64,000 nucleotides of DNA from Candidatus Eiseniibacteriota bacterium (GCA_963783375.1 CAWANH010000003.1:64001-128000), one strand, 5' to 3'. Counted from the first letter of the stretch, positions 17,487 to 28,560 are shown. Notes: generated from the letters alone by a model not told the origin. A program made the numbers and translations.

Positions 17487-18011
17487 TCACGGCTCCGGGG
17501 ATGCCAAAGCCTTGAGTTCGTCGGGGGTGAAGGGCTTGTTCCGCCCGGCGGTGGCCGCCCGGACCGCCGCCACCTCGGCCGCGGTCACCGCGGGCGCGAC
17601 GTTCCCCCACGATCCCCGGACGTAGGTCAGGATCCCCGCCGCCTTGGCGTCGTCCAGCCGGAACCCCAGGGGCGGCATCTGGTTCATGTAGCGCTCGCCC
17701 TCCACCGTGATCTCGCCGCGGAGACCGTGGAGCACGACCCGGATGGGAATGCCGGGATCCCCGTTCAGCCACTTCGAGCCCCGAAGCGGCGGGAAGAGGT
17801 TCTTCTTCCCGCGGCCGTCCCGCCCGTGACAGGCGACGCAGTAGAACGTGTAATCGCTCCGGGCGCCCAGAAGGGACGGGTCCCGGCTGGCGGCGTCGTC
17901 TATGGTTCCGCCCCGCTCCTTTCCGTTTCCGCACGCGGAGAGCCCGGCCGGGCCCAGCAGGGCGGCGAAGAGAAGGATCTCGCGGAATGCGCGGAGAGCG
18001 GTTCGAATCAT
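17487..18011 (-). CDS. Monoheme cytochrome c lipoprotein
   Basis: Lipobox LSAC; CVACHG; [33 protein letters not shown]. Confidence 0.9.
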   Translation of the reverse strand: MIRTALRAFREILLFAALLGPAGLSACGNGKERGGTIDDAASRDPSLLGARSDYTFYCVACHGRDGRGKKNLFPPLRGSKWLNGDPGIPIRVVLHGLRGEITVEGERYMNQMPPLGFRLDDAKAAGILTYVRGSWGNVAPAVTAAEVAAVRAATAGRNKPFTPDELKALASPEP

Positions 18012-18313
18012 GATCCCCGGGTTCCCTCCCGGCCTCGGTCGCGCGGCCACCGGGGCCGCACCGATTATGGTGCGACCAAGACTAGCAGCGGAGCGTATCC
18101 CCCACCACCGGGCGGGCGGGCCCGCCCGACTATCGCCGCCGGTATCAGCGCCACCCGACCCAAGCCACCGACACCAAGCCCCTCCGGACCCCGACCATCG
18201 TCCGTGACCTCCGGGACCTGTCCGCGTCCCTTCTCCGGGAACCCGGCCCGGAGTATCCTGGTCCCGGGCCCGCGAGGACCCATCAACCGGAAGAAAATTG
18301 GAGGTGGCGGATC

Positions 18314-18715
18314 ATGATGGACGTGGACTTCGGCATTACCCGCACATTCAAGGGGGTATCCTTCGAGGCGGCCCGGGAGCGGATCGTGGCCGCGCTCGCC
18401 GAGGAGGGCTTCGGCATCCTGACCGAGATCGATGTCAAGGCGACGCTCAAGAAGAAGCTGGACCAGGAGTTCCGGAAGTACGTGATTCTCGGGGCCTGCA
18501 ATCCCCCCATCGCCCACCAGGCGCTCACCGCGGAAATGGGGGTGGGGCTCCTCCTCCCCTGCAACGTGGTGGTAACCGAGGACGATCAAGGGAACGCGGT
18601 GGTCTCGATGCTGGATCCGGGGATGCTGGTGAAGATGCTCCCCGATCCGTCCAAGCTCCAGGCGCCCATGACCGAGGCCCGCGAGCGCCTGGTGCGGGCG
18701 CTGGAGAAGGCGTAG
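18314..18715 (+). CDS. DUF302 domain protein
   Basis: [19 protein letters not shown]...YVILGACNP...[10 protein letters not shown]. Confidence 0.92.
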   Translation: MMDVDFGITRTFKGVSFEAARERIVAALAEEGFGILTEIDVKATLKKKLDQEFRKYVILGACNPPIAHQALTAEMGVGLLLPCNVVVTEDDQGNAVVSMLDPGMLVKMLPDPSKLQAPMTEARERLVRALEKA

Positions 18716-18815
18716 ACGCCGGTCAGGGATCCGCATCCTCCGGCGAGTCGGAACCGGATGAGCCCGGCGGGCCGCTCAGACGCGCAGCAGGTCAGCCGCT
18801 CTGACGGCCGGCCGG

Positions 18816-20051
18816 TCAGACGGTCTGGCGGGCGCCGCCGAAGATGGATTGCGCCTTTTCGATCGCCCGAACCAGGGCGTCCACTTCATCCCGGGTGTTG
18901 TAGAGGTAGAACGAGGCCCGGGCGGTAGCCCCGACCCCCAGCCGGCGCATGAGGGGCTGAGCGCAGTGATGGCCGGCCCGGATGGCCACTCCCTCGGTGT
19001 CCACGATGGTGGCCAGGTCGTGGGGGTGGATCCCCTGCAGGCTGAAGGAGACCTCGCCGCCCCGGTTCGTTCGGGGGCCGTACACGGTGAGGCCTTCCAC
19101 CTTGCCCAGGGCCTCGATGGCGTAGGCGGCCAGCGCCGTTTCGTGGGCGTGCACGTTGTCCATCCCCACCGCCTGGAGATAGTCCACCGCGGCCCCCATA
19201 CCCACCGCCTGGGCGATCGGAGGGGTCCCCGCCTCGAACTTGTAGGGGACGTCCTTGAAGGTGGACCGCTCGAGCTGGACCTCCAGGATCATCTCCCCCC
19301 CGCCGTGGAAGGGCTCCATCGCCTCGAGCGCGTCCATGCGCCCGTAGAGGACGCCGATCCCGGTGGGGCCGAGCATCTTGTGCCCGCTGAACACCATGAA
19401 GTCGGGATCGAACTCCTTCACGTCCACCGGCATGTGGGGAACGGACTGGGCGGCGTCCACCAGCACCTTGGCTCCCACCGCCCGGGCGGCGGCCGCGATC
19501 CGGGCCGCCGGGTTGATCGTGCCGAGGACGTTGGAGACGTGGGTGAAGGCCACCAGGCGGGTGCGCGCGGTCACCAGCTCGTCCAGCCGGTCCACGCCCA
19601 GGGTGAAGTCGTCGCACATGGGAATGAACCGGAGCCGGGCGCCGGTGTCGGCGGCGACCATCTGCCAGGGAACGAGGTTGGAGTGGTGCTCCATGGGGGT
19701 GAGGAGGATCTCGTCCCCCGCCCTCAGGTTGCGCCGGGCCCAGGCGTAGGCCACCAGGTTCACCGCCTCGGTGGCTCCGCGGGTCCAGACGATGTTCTCC
19801 GGGGCCGGGGCCCCGATCATCCGCGCCACCTTGGCCCGGGCCTCTTCGAATGCCGCGGTGGCCCGTTCGGCCAGGGTGTGAATCCCCCGGTGCACGTTGG
19901 AGTTGTCCTCCTCGTAGAACTTCCGGAGGACATCGAGCACCCGGCGGGGCTTCTGGGAGGTGGCGGCGCTGTCCAGATACACCAGGGGCTTCCCGTGGAC
20001 TTTCTGGGCCAGGACGGGGAAGTCGGCTCTGATCTTCGCTACGTCGAACAT
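18816..20051 (-). CDS. sufS: SufS-type cysteine desulfurase
   Basis: LVYLDSAATSQKP, MEHHSNLVPWQ, FSGHKMLGPTGIG, IRAGHHCAQP. Confidence 0.95.
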   Translation of the reverse strand: MFDVAKIRADFPVLAQKVHGKPLVYLDSAATSQKPRRVLDVLRKFYEEDNSNVHRGIHTLAERATAAFEEARAKVARMIGAPAPENIVWTRGATEAVNLVAYAWARRNLRAGDEILLTPMEHHSNLVPWQMVAADTGARLRFIPMCDDFTLGVDRLDELVTARTRLVAFTHVSNVLGTINPAARIAAAARAVGAKVLVDAAQSVPHMPVDVKEFDPDFMVFSGHKMLGPTGIGVLYGRMDALEAMEPFHGGGEMILEVQLERSTFKDVPYKFEAGTPPIAQAVGMGAAVDYLQAVGMDNVHAHETALAAYAIEALGKVEGLTVYGPRTNRGGEVSFSLQGIHPHDLATIVDTEGVAIRAGHHCAQPLMRRLGVGATARASFYLYNTRDEVDALVRAIEKAQSIFGGARQTV

Positions 20052-20257
20052 CGTCTCGGTCTGTTCCTTCCGCATGGGCGATTGAGGGTACGCTCCGGAC
20101 CGGGCCGGCGCACCCCCTAAGCTTACCCCGATTCCGAAACATGACAACACAGATCATTTTTTCGACCCTCACCGCGCGCCCATCCGGACCGCGGCCATTT
20201 TGCGGTGGGCATAAAGCCCGATGCGCCTTACGCTTCCTGGTCATGACGCACATCCGG

Positions 20258-21676
20258 ATGCGCGGTCGTCCCCGCGATGAACTGGGGTTCACCCCCCGCG
20301 AGAAGCAGGTGGTCTTCGGGATCACCGCCCTCCTCACCCTCCGGATGCTGGGGTTCTACCTGGTGCTCCCCATCCTCACCCCGTACGTGAGGGATCTCGC
20401 CGGGAGCACTCCGCTCCTGGTAGGGCTCTCGGTCGGGGTCTACGGGCTCACCCAGACCGTGTTCCAGGTTCCCTTCGGAACCTGGAGCGATCGGTGGGGG
20501 CGAAAGCCGGTGCTCACCCTGGGTCTCCTTCTCTTCGCCGTGGGCTCGGTCATCTGCGCGGTGGCCCACTCGGCGTTGGTGATGGTGGCGGGGCGGCTGG
20601 TCCAGGGCACGGGGGCCATCGCGTCGGTCCTGGTGGCCATGCTCGCCGACCTCACCCGGGACAAGGTTCGCACCCGGGCCATGGCCATGGTGGGGATCTC
20701 TATCGGCGGCTCGTTCTCGGTGGGCCTCCTTCTGGGGCCCTCCGCGTCGGACTACTTCGGAGTCCCCGAGCTCTTCTGGTTCACCGCCGCGCTCACCCTG
20801 CTGGCCATCGGGTGGCTCTGGTGGAAGATCCCCAGCCCCCCGCGCATCAGCCACTATGACGAGCTGGAGTACTCGAAGGATCATCTGGTCGAGGTGCTCA
20901 GGAACCGCCAGCTCCTTCGCCTCGACGCCGGCACCTTCAACCTTCACATGTCCCTCACCGCCATCTTCGTCACCGTCCCCTTCATGCTCCGTGAGGTGAT
21001 CGCTCCCGCCCACCAGTGGCGGCTCTTCCTCCCGCTCCTGGCCGTGGGGTTCGCGGTGATGTTCATGGGCCCCCGGCTCGGCCGCCGCCCCGGACGGGGC
21101 AAGAAGGTCGCCCTGGCCGGGATGGGAATTCTTGCGGTGTCCCTGGCCGTCCTGGCCCTCACCGTGCCCACCTCGGTTCGCGAGCCGCGGGTGGCGGCCA
21201 CCGCGTTGATCGTCGGGCTCTTCCTCTTCATCATGGCCTTCGCCCTTCTCGAACCCCTCTTCCCCGCCCTTCTCACCCGTCGCTGCCAGCAGGCGAACCG
21301 CGGCACCGCGGCGGGGATCTTCAACATGAGCCAGTTCAGCGGGGCTTTCGTGGGCGGCCTCGTCTCGGGATTCTTCCTGGAGAGGAACGTCGAGGCGTTG
21401 TTCTGGATCCTGACCGCGACCTCGGTGATCTGGGTGCTGCTGGCCACGAGGCTCGAGGATCCGGAGCACCTGAGCGTCCTCCGGCTCGTCGCCGACGGGG
21501 CGACCCCCGAGATCCGTCGTGAGCTGGTGCGACGGCTGCTCCGGATCCGCGGGGTCGAGGACGTGGCCTGGGAGTCGATCCGGGGCCGGTTGCTGGTGCG
21601 TTACGCCCCCGGCCGGGTGGAGATCGAGCAGCTGCGGCGCGAGGTGGAAACGCTTCTCCCCGCCCCCCCGGCCTGA
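20258..21676 (+). CDS. MFS transporter, YajR-like with C-terminal HMA-like domain (start uncertain)
   Basis: LRMLGFYLVLP, GVYGLTQ..FQVPFGTWSDRWGRKP, ADLTRDKVRTRAMA; about 12 hydrophobic segments. Confidence 0.9.
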   Translation: MRGRPRDELGFTPREKQVVFGITALLTLRMLGFYLVLPILTPYVRDLAGSTPLLVGLSVGVYGLTQTVFQVPFGTWSDRWGRKPVLTLGLLLFAVGSVICAVAHSALVMVAGRLVQGTGAIASVLVAMLADLTRDKVRTRAMAMVGISIGGSFSVGLLLGPSASDYFGVPELFWFTAALTLLAIGWLWWKIPSPPRISHYDELEYSKDHLVEVLRNRQLLRLDAGTFNLHMSLTAIFVTVPFMLREVIAPAHQWRLFLPLLAVGFAVMFMGPRLGRRPGRGKKVALAGMGILAVSLAVLALTVPTSVREPRVAATALIVGLFLFIMAFALLEPLFPALLTRRCQQANRGTAAGIFNMSQFSGAFVGGLVSGFFLERNVEALFWILTATSVIWVLLATRLEDPEHLSVLRLVADGATPEIRRELVRRLLRIRGVEDVAWESIRGRLLVRYAPGRVEIEQLRREVETLLPAPPA

Positions 21677-21725
21677 CTCACGCCGGCCGAACCGGGCCGG
21701 CGGCCGGGCCGAAAACCGGTGGCCG

Positions 21726-22667
21726 CTACCGGCCCGCCGGCGGGGCGGCGATGCGACGCTCCAGCCGCACGGTCAGCCGGTGGCCCGCCGTTCCCACGAT
21801 CACCGCCAGCATGGCTCCGGCCACCACGTCCGTCGCGTAGTGGTATCCCCCGTAGATCGCCCCCACCGCCAGGGCGGGAACCAGGAAGAGGTACACCCGG
21901 GCCAGGGTCCGGTGGTATCGCATGGCCATGATCCAGGTGGTCACCGATACCGCCACGTGGCTGGAGGGAAAGGCCGCCCCCACCGAGGAGCCGTGGTTCA
22001 GGATCCAGTGGACGAGCCGCGGAATCACGTAGCCGACGGTATGCGGAGCGGGAGGAGGGAACGAGTAGTACGGTCCGGCCACCGGGAAGACGATGAAGAA
22101 GACGAAGCAGATATAGAAGACGAGCGCCACCGAGGCGATCGCGATCTCGAAGGCGGCCCGCGGGCGGCGAAATCTGAGCAGCACGGCCAGGACCGGGACC
22201 AGGAAGTAATAGGAGAAATAGCCGAGGTGCAGGTACTCCCCCAGCGGCCGCCAGGGCAGGAGCACGTGGAGGGTGCGGCTGGGCTGGGTGTGGAAGAGGA
22301 ACCCCTCCACCCGCTGGATGTCGGCGTCGAAGAAGACCCCGGGATGGAGCACCCGGTTCAAGGTCGCGACCTCGGAATAGAAGATCCCGAAGAGCACGAT
22401 GGGGTAGAAATCCAGAGCCAGCGAGCCGGGGAGGGTCCGCCCCAGGCCGCCTTTTCTTGCCGCCACCAGGGCGGCCATCGCCGCCAGGTGGAGGAGAGCG
22501 ATCGTGCCCCCGCGGGGAACCCGGCCGGGGAACGCCACCAGGAGCAGGAAGCCCAGGGCCAGGTAGACCAGGGAGTAGAGGTCCACGGGACGAAAGCGCG
22601 TCGCCCCCGCCCGCTCCCCGTCCCGGATCCTCCCCGTGCCGACCGCCGCGCCTTCGCTCACGCCCAT
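21726..22667 (-). CDS. PAP2-superfamily membrane protein, Aur1/IPC-synthase-like
   Basis: Multi-TM; FPVAGP, AFPSSHVA, GGYHYATDVVAG; no KxxxxxxRP (C1) motif; translationally coupled to the upstream reductase. Confidence 0.8.
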   Translation of the reverse strand: MGVSEGAAVGTGRIRDGERAGATRFRPVDLYSLVYLALGFLLLVAFPGRVPRGGTIALLHLAAMAALVAARKGGLGRTLPGSLALDFYPIVLFGIFYSEVATLNRVLHPGVFFDADIQRVEGFLFHTQPSRTLHVLLPWRPLGEYLHLGYFSYYFLVPVLAVLLRFRRPRAAFEIAIASVALVFYICFVFFIVFPVAGPYYSFPPPAPHTVGYVIPRLVHWILNHGSSVGAAFPSSHVAVSVTTWIMAMRYHRTLARVYLFLVPALAVGAIYGGYHYATDVVAGAMLAVIVGTAGHRLTVRLERRIAAPPAGR

Positions 22668-23641
22668 CCTTCCCACCGGTACCAGCTCATGGTGCCTGCG
22701 GCGCCGTGCGCGGTGTCGATATCCGCGCGGAAACCCAACTCCGCCCGCGCCCGCGAACCGTCGCAGACCCAACCCGGGGAAAGGAGCGCGCCCAGGCGAT
22801 CCGGAGCCAGGGGATTGGGCCTTCCCGCGACCGCGGACACCATCCCCGTCACCCGCCCGATCACCGGGACCATCCGGCCGGGAACGCTCAGCACCCGGCA
22901 CCGCCGGCCCAGGGCTCCGGCCATCAGGCTCCCCATCTCTTCCCAGCTCGTGGGTTCGGGGTGGGCCATGTAGTAGGTTCGCCCGGGAGCCGATTCCGAT
23001 TCCGCCGCGGCCAGAACCCCCCGCGCCAGGTCCCGGACGTGGATCACCGAGATGGGCCGGCGCCTGCCCCCGATCCGCGGCGCCCATCCCCGGGCGCTCA
23101 TCCGGGCGAGGAGGAGGAATCCCCGGTCCCGCGGCCCGTACACCGCGGGGGCGCGCACCACCGTCCACTCCACGCCGCCCGCCGCCTGGACCAGTTCCCG
23201 TTCCGCGGCAAGCTTGCTCCGGCCGTAGGCGTCGAGGGGGGACTCGGGGTCGTCCTCGTGGCGGGAGCGTTCGGGGGAACTCGGCCCCGCGGCGGCCATG
23301 CTGCTCAGAAGCACCAACCGCCGAGGCCTCGCCGCGGCGGACGCGGCGGCCCGGGCCACGTTGGCCGTCCCCCCCGCGTTGACCGCGTGGTACTCCGACT
23401 CGGACCGCGCCCGCACCGTGCCGGCCACGTGGAAGACCACATCGACCCCTTCCACCGCCGGACCGAGCGAGCCGGGATCGGTCACCTCACCGTATTCGAG
23501 TTGCAGGCGATCGCTGGAGACCCAGCGGAGGTCGCTGGTCCGCCGCACCAGCCCCCGCACCGACCAGCCCCGCTGCAGGAGAAGCTCGGCCAGATGGCTC
23601 CCCACGAACCCGTTCACCCCCGTCACCAGAGCCGTGGCCAA
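22658..23641 (-). CDS. NAD-dependent epimerase/dehydratase family extended SDR, putative ceramide/3-oxo reductase
   Basis: VTGVNGFVG, VFHVAG, SSMAAAG, YGRSK, VYGPRD; operon context. Confidence 0.85.
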   Translation of the reverse strand: MATALVTGVNGFVGSHLAELLLQRGWSVRGLVRRTSDLRWVSSDRLQLEYGEVTDPGSLGPAVEGVDVVFHVAGTVRARSESEYHAVNAGGTANVARAAASAAARPRRLVLLSSMAAAGPSSPERSRHEDDPESPLDAYGRSKLAAERELVQAAGGVEWTVVRAPAVYGPRDRGFLLLARMSARGWAPRIGGRRRPISVIHVRDLARGVLAAAESESAPGRTYYMAHPEPTSWEEMGSLMAGALGRRCRVLSVPGRMVPVIGRVTGMVSAVAGRPNPLAPDRLGALLSPGWVCDGSRARAELGFRADIDTAHGAAGTMSWYRWEGWA

Positions 23642-23650
23642 GGCGGGTCC

Positions 23651-24766
23651 CTACACCGAGCCCTGGTAGACCCGGTACGTCTTGTAGACCTCCGCCCCGA
23701 AGGCTTCGAGCGGCCGGCGAATGGCCATGTTGTCCTCGAGGATCCAGGAGAACTCGCCCGCGTAGTACCCCTTCTCCATGCCGTAACGGAAGAGATCCCG
23801 GTACATGATCACGTCGATCCCGAGCTTCCGGTACTCCTTCACCACCCCCAGCACCAGGACCCGCGCCCGATTGATCTTCCGGGCGTACCAGAGGATCTTG
23901 AGAAGCCCCAGGGGGAAGAGCCGGCCGTCGGCATGGCGCAGGGCCTGGTTCAGATCCGGGAGGGCCAGGGCGAAACCCACCGGTTTCCCGTCGATCTCGG
24001 CGATCCGGATGAGGCCGGGATCCAGGACCTGCTTGAGCTGCTTCGCCATGTGGTCGATCTCGTGATCGGTCATGGGGACGAATCCCCAGTTCCGCTCCCA
24101 GGCCGAGTTGTAGACGGCCCGGAACTTCTCCACTTCCGCGGCGAAGCGTTTCTTCTCGAACGGCCGGACAACGACCTTCGGGTTCCGCTTCTCGACCAGG
24201 GCCGCTCCCCGCTCCAGGCGCTCGGGCACCTCGCGGCCCTCGATGTAGTAGGCAACGAGGTCCTTGGCCTTCTCCAGCCCCGCCCCCTTCAGGAGGCCGT
24301 CGTAGTAGGGACGGCCGTGGGGCATCATCACGAAGGGCGGCTTGTCGAATCCGTCGACCAGAAGCCCGCAATCGTCGTTGGTGCTGGGGTTCATGGGGCC
24401 GATGAAGCGCGGGAGGCCCCTCTCGCGGAGGAAGCTCTTCACCGGCTCGAGGAGGGCGGCGGTGACCTCCGGATCGTTCATCACCTCGTAGAAACCGAAG
24501 AAACCCATCGCCTCGTCGTGGAATTCCTCGTGACCCCGGTTCCGGATGGCCGCGATCCGGCCCACGATCTCGCCGTCCCGGCGGGCCAGGAACGGCTGCA
24601 CCTCCCCGTGCTCGAAGAAGGGGTTCTTGTCCGGATTGAACAGGTTCTTGGTGTCGCCGATCAGGGGGGGGACCCAGTGGGGGTCGTCGCGATAGACCCG
24701 CCAGGGAAAGGTCACGAACGCGTGAAGATCCTTTCCGGACCGGACCGGCTCGACGGTAAGGGGCAT
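23651..24766 (-). CDS. Tandem-GNAT acyltransferase, putative bacterial ceramide synthase (bCerS/YghO-like)
   Basis: FVTFPWRVYRDDPHWVPPL, NPFFEH, VGRIAAI, GPMNPSTNDDCGLLVDGF, YNSAWERNWGFVP, EFSWILEDN, YKTYRVY. Confidence 0.82.
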   Translation of the reverse strand: MPLTVEPVRSGKDLHAFVTFPWRVYRDDPHWVPPLIGDTKNLFNPDKNPFFEHGEVQPFLARRDGEIVGRIAAIRNRGHEEFHDEAMGFFGFYEVMNDPEVTAALLEPVKSFLRERGLPRFIGPMNPSTNDDCGLLVDGFDKPPFVMMPHGRPYYDGLLKGAGLEKAKDLVAYYIEGREVPERLERGAALVEKRNPKVVVRPFEKKRFAAEVEKFRAVYNSAWERNWGFVPMTDHEIDHMAKQLKQVLDPGLIRIAEIDGKPVGFALALPDLNQALRHADGRLFPLGLLKILWYARKINRARVLVLGVVKEYRKLGIDVIMYRDLFRYGMEKGYYAGEFSWILEDNMAIRRPLEAFGAEVYKTYRVYQGSV

Positions 24767-24789
24767 GGAACGGACTCCCCGAGGCGGAC

Positions 24790-26022
24790 CTAGGCGATGA
24801 TGCCCAGTTCGCGGCCGACTTTTCGGAAGGCGGTGAGGATCGTGTCGAGGTTCTGCTCGGTGTGGGTGGCCATGTACGAGGTACGGATACGGCTCGACGT
24901 CTCGGGCACCGCGGGGGCCACCACCGGGTTCGTGAACACCCCCTCCTCGAACAGGCGCTTCCAGAACACGAAGGTGGCTTCGAGGCTTCCGATGATGACG
25001 GGGATGATCGGGGTCTCGGAGTCCCCGGTGTCGTAGCCCATGCTCTGGAATTCGCCGCGCATGCGCTCGGCGATGAGGTTCACCCTCTCCCGCCGCTCCG
25101 GCTCGGTCTTCATGAGCTCCAGGCACTTCTGAACGGTGGCCACGGCGTAGGGAGGCATGCTGGCGCTGAAGATGAGGCTCCGGGCGTGGTGCTTCATGTA
25201 GTGGATGACCGCCTCTTCCCCGGCCACGAACCCGCCGATCGAGGCGAAGGACTTGGAGAACGTGCCCACCAGGAGGTCCACGTCGTCGAGCACGCCCTTG
25301 GCCTCGGAAGCGCCGATCCCGGTCTCGCCCAGGATGCCCACCGAGTGAGCCTCGTCCACCAGGATGCGGGCCCCGCGCTGCTTGGAGATGGCCACGATCT
25401 CCGGGAGGGGCGCGATGTCCCCCTCCATCGAGAACACCCCGTCCACCACCACCATACGCCCGCGGCGGGGATCCACCGAATCCAGCACGGAGGTGAGATC
25501 CCGCATGTCGTTGTGGCGGAAACGGCGGGTCTCGCCGTAGCTCAAGCGGCAACCGTCGACGATGCTGGCGTGGTCCAGCTTGTCGGTGATGACCACGTCG
25601 TCCCGCCCCACCAGGCTGGAAATGGTGCCCAGGTTGGTCTGGAAGCCGGTGGAGAAGACCAGGCAGGCCTCCTTGTGGCAGAACTCGGCCAGGTCCCGTT
25701 CCAGCTTCTCGTGGATGTCCAGGGTGCCGTTCAGGAACCTGCTCCCGGTGCACCCGGTGCCGTAACGGCGGGCGGCGGCGTCCGCCGCGTCCATGACCCG
25801 CTTGTCGTGGGTGTAGCCGAGATAGTTGTTGGATCCGGCCATGACCAGGGTCCGGCCGTCGATCACCACCTCGTTGGCGTCGGAGGCGCTGATCGGCATG
25901 AAGTAGGGGTAGTACCCAGCGGCCTGGGTCTCCTTGGCCCGGGTGTAGGAGTAGGCCTTCCTGAAGAGATCGGCGAACTCCTGAACCTCTCGGGCGGGGC
26001 TGGTCACCGGCTTCGACTCCAT
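24790..26022 (-). CDS. spt: Serine palmitoyltransferase (alpha-oxoamine synthase family)
   Basis: GSNNYLG, GTGCTGSRFLNGTLDIH, DHASIVDG, DGVFSMEGD, DEAH, GTFSKSF (PLP lysine); the motifs fit SPT better than BioF or Kbl. Confidence 0.85.
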   Translation of the reverse strand: MESKPVTSPAREVQEFADLFRKAYSYTRAKETQAAGYYPYFMPISASDANEVVIDGRTLVMAGSNNYLGYTHDKRVMDAADAAARRYGTGCTGSRFLNGTLDIHEKLERDLAEFCHKEACLVFSTGFQTNLGTISSLVGRDDVVITDKLDHASIVDGCRLSYGETRRFRHNDMRDLTSVLDSVDPRRGRMVVVDGVFSMEGDIAPLPEIVAISKQRGARILVDEAHSVGILGETGIGASEAKGVLDDVDLLVGTFSKSFASIGGFVAGEEAVIHYMKHHARSLIFSASMPPYAVATVQKCLELMKTEPERRERVNLIAERMRGEFQSMGYDTGDSETPIIPVIIGSLEATFVFWKRLFEEGVFTNPVVAPAVPETSSRIRTSYMATHTEQNLDTILTAFRKVGRELGIIA

Positions 26023-26451
26023 CCTTCCTCCGAAAACGATCCGACCCCTCGTCCCAGTTCGCGCGGAATCGCCGCGGAACCCCGAAGATATGCACACAGA
26101 ACGCCCTAGGGTAACCGTAAGCTCCCGATCCGTCCAAGTACTTTCCCGGGGTCTCACGGAGGCGCGCCGACTCCCGCCGCCGGAGCCGCTTCTCCCCCTT
26201 GAGGCGCGTCGCCGTCGCCTCGCCGCCCGGCCGGGACCCGTCCTCCTTGCCGCGGGCCCGGCCTCCCCGCGCTTCCCGACCCACGGCTAGGTCGCGGCCC
26301 GCCAACGGGTTGGCCTCGGGGCGGCGGATGGAGTAGAATGGTTCGAGTTTCGTGGGCCGTGGCCATCGTCCGGCTCCCACGCGCCCACTCCGAGGCGCCG
26401 CCGTGCCGCCCTCCGGCCGACTTCGAATTACCGATCAGGAGACCTTCGACC

Positions 26452-28560
26452 ATGGCCGTCAGGAACGAAAAGATCGCCAAGAGCGCCCTCGAGAAGGGGG
26501 ATCTCGTCGCCGTGTACCGGAACATGGTGCTCTCGCGGCGCCTGGACGACGCCGAGATCAAGCTCAAGCGGCGAAATCAGTACTACTTCCAGATCAGCGG
26601 CGCCGGACATGAGGCGGTCCTGACCGCGGCGGGGATGCTGCTCCGCCCGGGCTACGACTGGTTCTACCCCTACTACCGCGACCGCGCCCTCTGCCTGATG
26701 CTCGGGGTCACCCCGCGGGAGATGCTCCTGGAGGGGGTCGGGGCCCACGAGGACCCGGCCTCGGCCGGCCGCCAGATGCCGAGCCACTGGGGCCACGAGA
26801 AATACAACCTGGTCTCCCAGTCGAGCCCCACCGGAACCCAGTGCCTCCAGGCGGTGGGTTGCGCGGAGGCGGGCGTGTTCTTCTCCACCCACCCCGAACT
26901 CCCCGGAAAGCCCCGCTTCCAGAACGACGAGGTGGTCTACGTCTCCATCGGCGACGGCGCCACCAGCGAGGGCGAGTTCTGGGAGGCCCTGTCCGCGGCC
27001 ACGGTCAACGCGCTTCCGGTCCTGTTCCTGGTCGAGGACAACGGATACGCGATCAGCGTCCCGGTCAAGGTCCAGACCCCCGGAGGGAAGATCAGCCGGG
27101 CGGTCCAGGGGTTCGACGGGCTCATGATCGAGGAGTTCGACGGCACGGATGCGGTGGAGTCCTACCAGGCGCTCTCCCGCCTGGTCGCGTACTGCCGGGA
27201 GCGGAAGGGACCGGCCCTGGCCCACGCCCACGTCACCCGGCCCTACAGCCACTCGATGTCCGACGACCACCGGGCCTACCGTTCTCCCGAGGAGTTGAAG
27301 GAGGAGGAGGCGCGCGATCCGCTGACCCGGCTCCAGAAGGTGCTCCTGGACGAGGACATCCTCACCAAGGGGAAGCTCGACGCGCTCCACGCCGCGGTGG
27401 ACGAGCAGATCGCCTCGGCGGTGGACGAGGCGGTCCAGGCCGAGAAGCCGCCGCTCCAGAGCGCCGCCCTCTACGTCTACTCCCCCGACGTCGACCCCAC
27501 CTCCGATGCGTTCTCGACCGAGCCCGTACCCCAGGGGGAGGGGGTCTCGGTGGTGGAGCTCATCAACGCCTGTCTGAAGGACGAGATGGAGCGCGATCCC
27601 CGGATCGTGGTGTTCGGGGAGGATGTGGCCGACTGCACCAACGAGGATGAACTGGAGCGGCTGAAGGGAAAGGGCGGGGTGTTCAAGGTGACCTCGGGTC
27701 TCCAGAAGGCGTTCGGTTCCGATCGCGTCTCGAACTCGCCGCTGGCCGAGGCCAACGTCGTGGGCCGCGCGGTCGGGATGGCCACCCGGGGGCTGAAACC
27801 GGTGGTGGAGATCCAGTTCTTCGACTACATCTGGCCCGCCTACCACCAGATCCGGAACGAGCTGGCCATGATGCGCTGGCGGAGCGGAAACCACTGGAAG
27901 TGCCCGCTGGTGATCCGGGTGCCCATCGGGGGCTACCTGGGAGGCGGCGCGGTCTACCACAGCCAATCCGGCGAGGTCCTCTTCACCCACAATCCGGGGC
28001 TCCGGGTGGTGATGCCCTCCAACGCCCTGGACGCCAACGGACTTCTCCGGACCGCCATCCGCTCCGACGACCCGGTGATGTTCCTGGAGCACAAGCACCT
28101 GTACCGCCAGCCTTACGCCAAGGGCGTCTACCCGGGGAAGGACTACATGATCCCCTTCGGGAAGGCGCGGACCCACCGTGGGGGGACCGATCTCACCGTG
28201 ATCACCTACGGCGCCATTGTCCGCCGGACCGAGATGGCGGCGAAGGAGCTGGAGAAGGACGGGATCTCGGTGGAGATCATCGACCTTCGTTCTCTCTCTC
28301 CCTGGGACACCGAGGCGGTGGCCGAGAGCGTGAAGAAGACCAGCAAGGTGCTGGTGGCCTACGAGGACAATCGGACCTGGGGCTACGGGGCGGAGATCGC
28401 GGCCTGGATCGGGGACAACCTCTTCGAGTACCTGGACGCGCCGGTCCGGCGCCTGGCCGGCATGGACACCCCGGTGGCCTACGCGCCCAACCTGGAGGAG
28501 ATCATCCTTCCCCAGGCCGAGGGCATCGCGAAGGCGCTCCGGGAGCTGGCCGCGTACTAG
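26452..28560 (+). CDS. 2-oxoacid (2-oxoisovalerate-type) dehydrogenase E1, fused alpha+beta
   Basis: [25 protein letters not shown]...DNGYAIS (TPP motif), [32 protein letters not shown]. Confidence 0.95.
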   Translation: MAVRNEKIAKSALEKGDLVAVYRNMVLSRRLDDAEIKLKRRNQYYFQISGAGHEAVLTAAGMLLRPGYDWFYPYYRDRALCLMLGVTPREMLLEGVGAHEDPASAGRQMPSHWGHEKYNLVSQSSPTGTQCLQAVGCAEAGVFFSTHPELPGKPRFQNDEVVYVSIGDGATSEGEFWEALSAATVNALPVLFLVEDNGYAISVPVKVQTPGGKISRAVQGFDGLMIEEFDGTDAVESYQALSRLVAYCRERKGPALAHAHVTRPYSHSMSDDHRAYRSPEELKEEEARDPLTRLQKVLLDEDILTKGKLDALHAAVDEQIASAVDEAVQAEKPPLQSAALYVYSPDVDPTSDAFSTEPVPQGEGVSVVELINACLKDEMERDPRIVVFGEDVADCTNEDELERLKGKGGVFKVTSGLQKAFGSDRVSNSPLAEANVVGRAVGMATRGLKPVVEIQFFDYIWPAYHQIRNELAMMRWRSGNHWKCPLVIRVPIGGYLGGGAVYHSQSGEVLFTHNPGLRVVMPSNALDANGLLRTAIRSDDPVMFLEHKHLYRQPYAKGVYPGKDYMIPFGKARTHRGGTDLTVITYGAIVRRTEMAAKELEKDGISVEIIDLRSLSPWDTEAVAESVKKTSKVLVAYEDNRTWGYGAEIAAWIGDNLFEYLDAPVRRLAGMDTPVAYAPNLEEIILPQAEGIAKALRELAAY

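Noticed and set aside
24790-26022. AOS enzyme as BioF or Kbl
   Set aside because: The GSRFLNGT and GTFSKS motifs and the GNAT/SDR neighbours favour SPT; no bio or tdh genes are nearby
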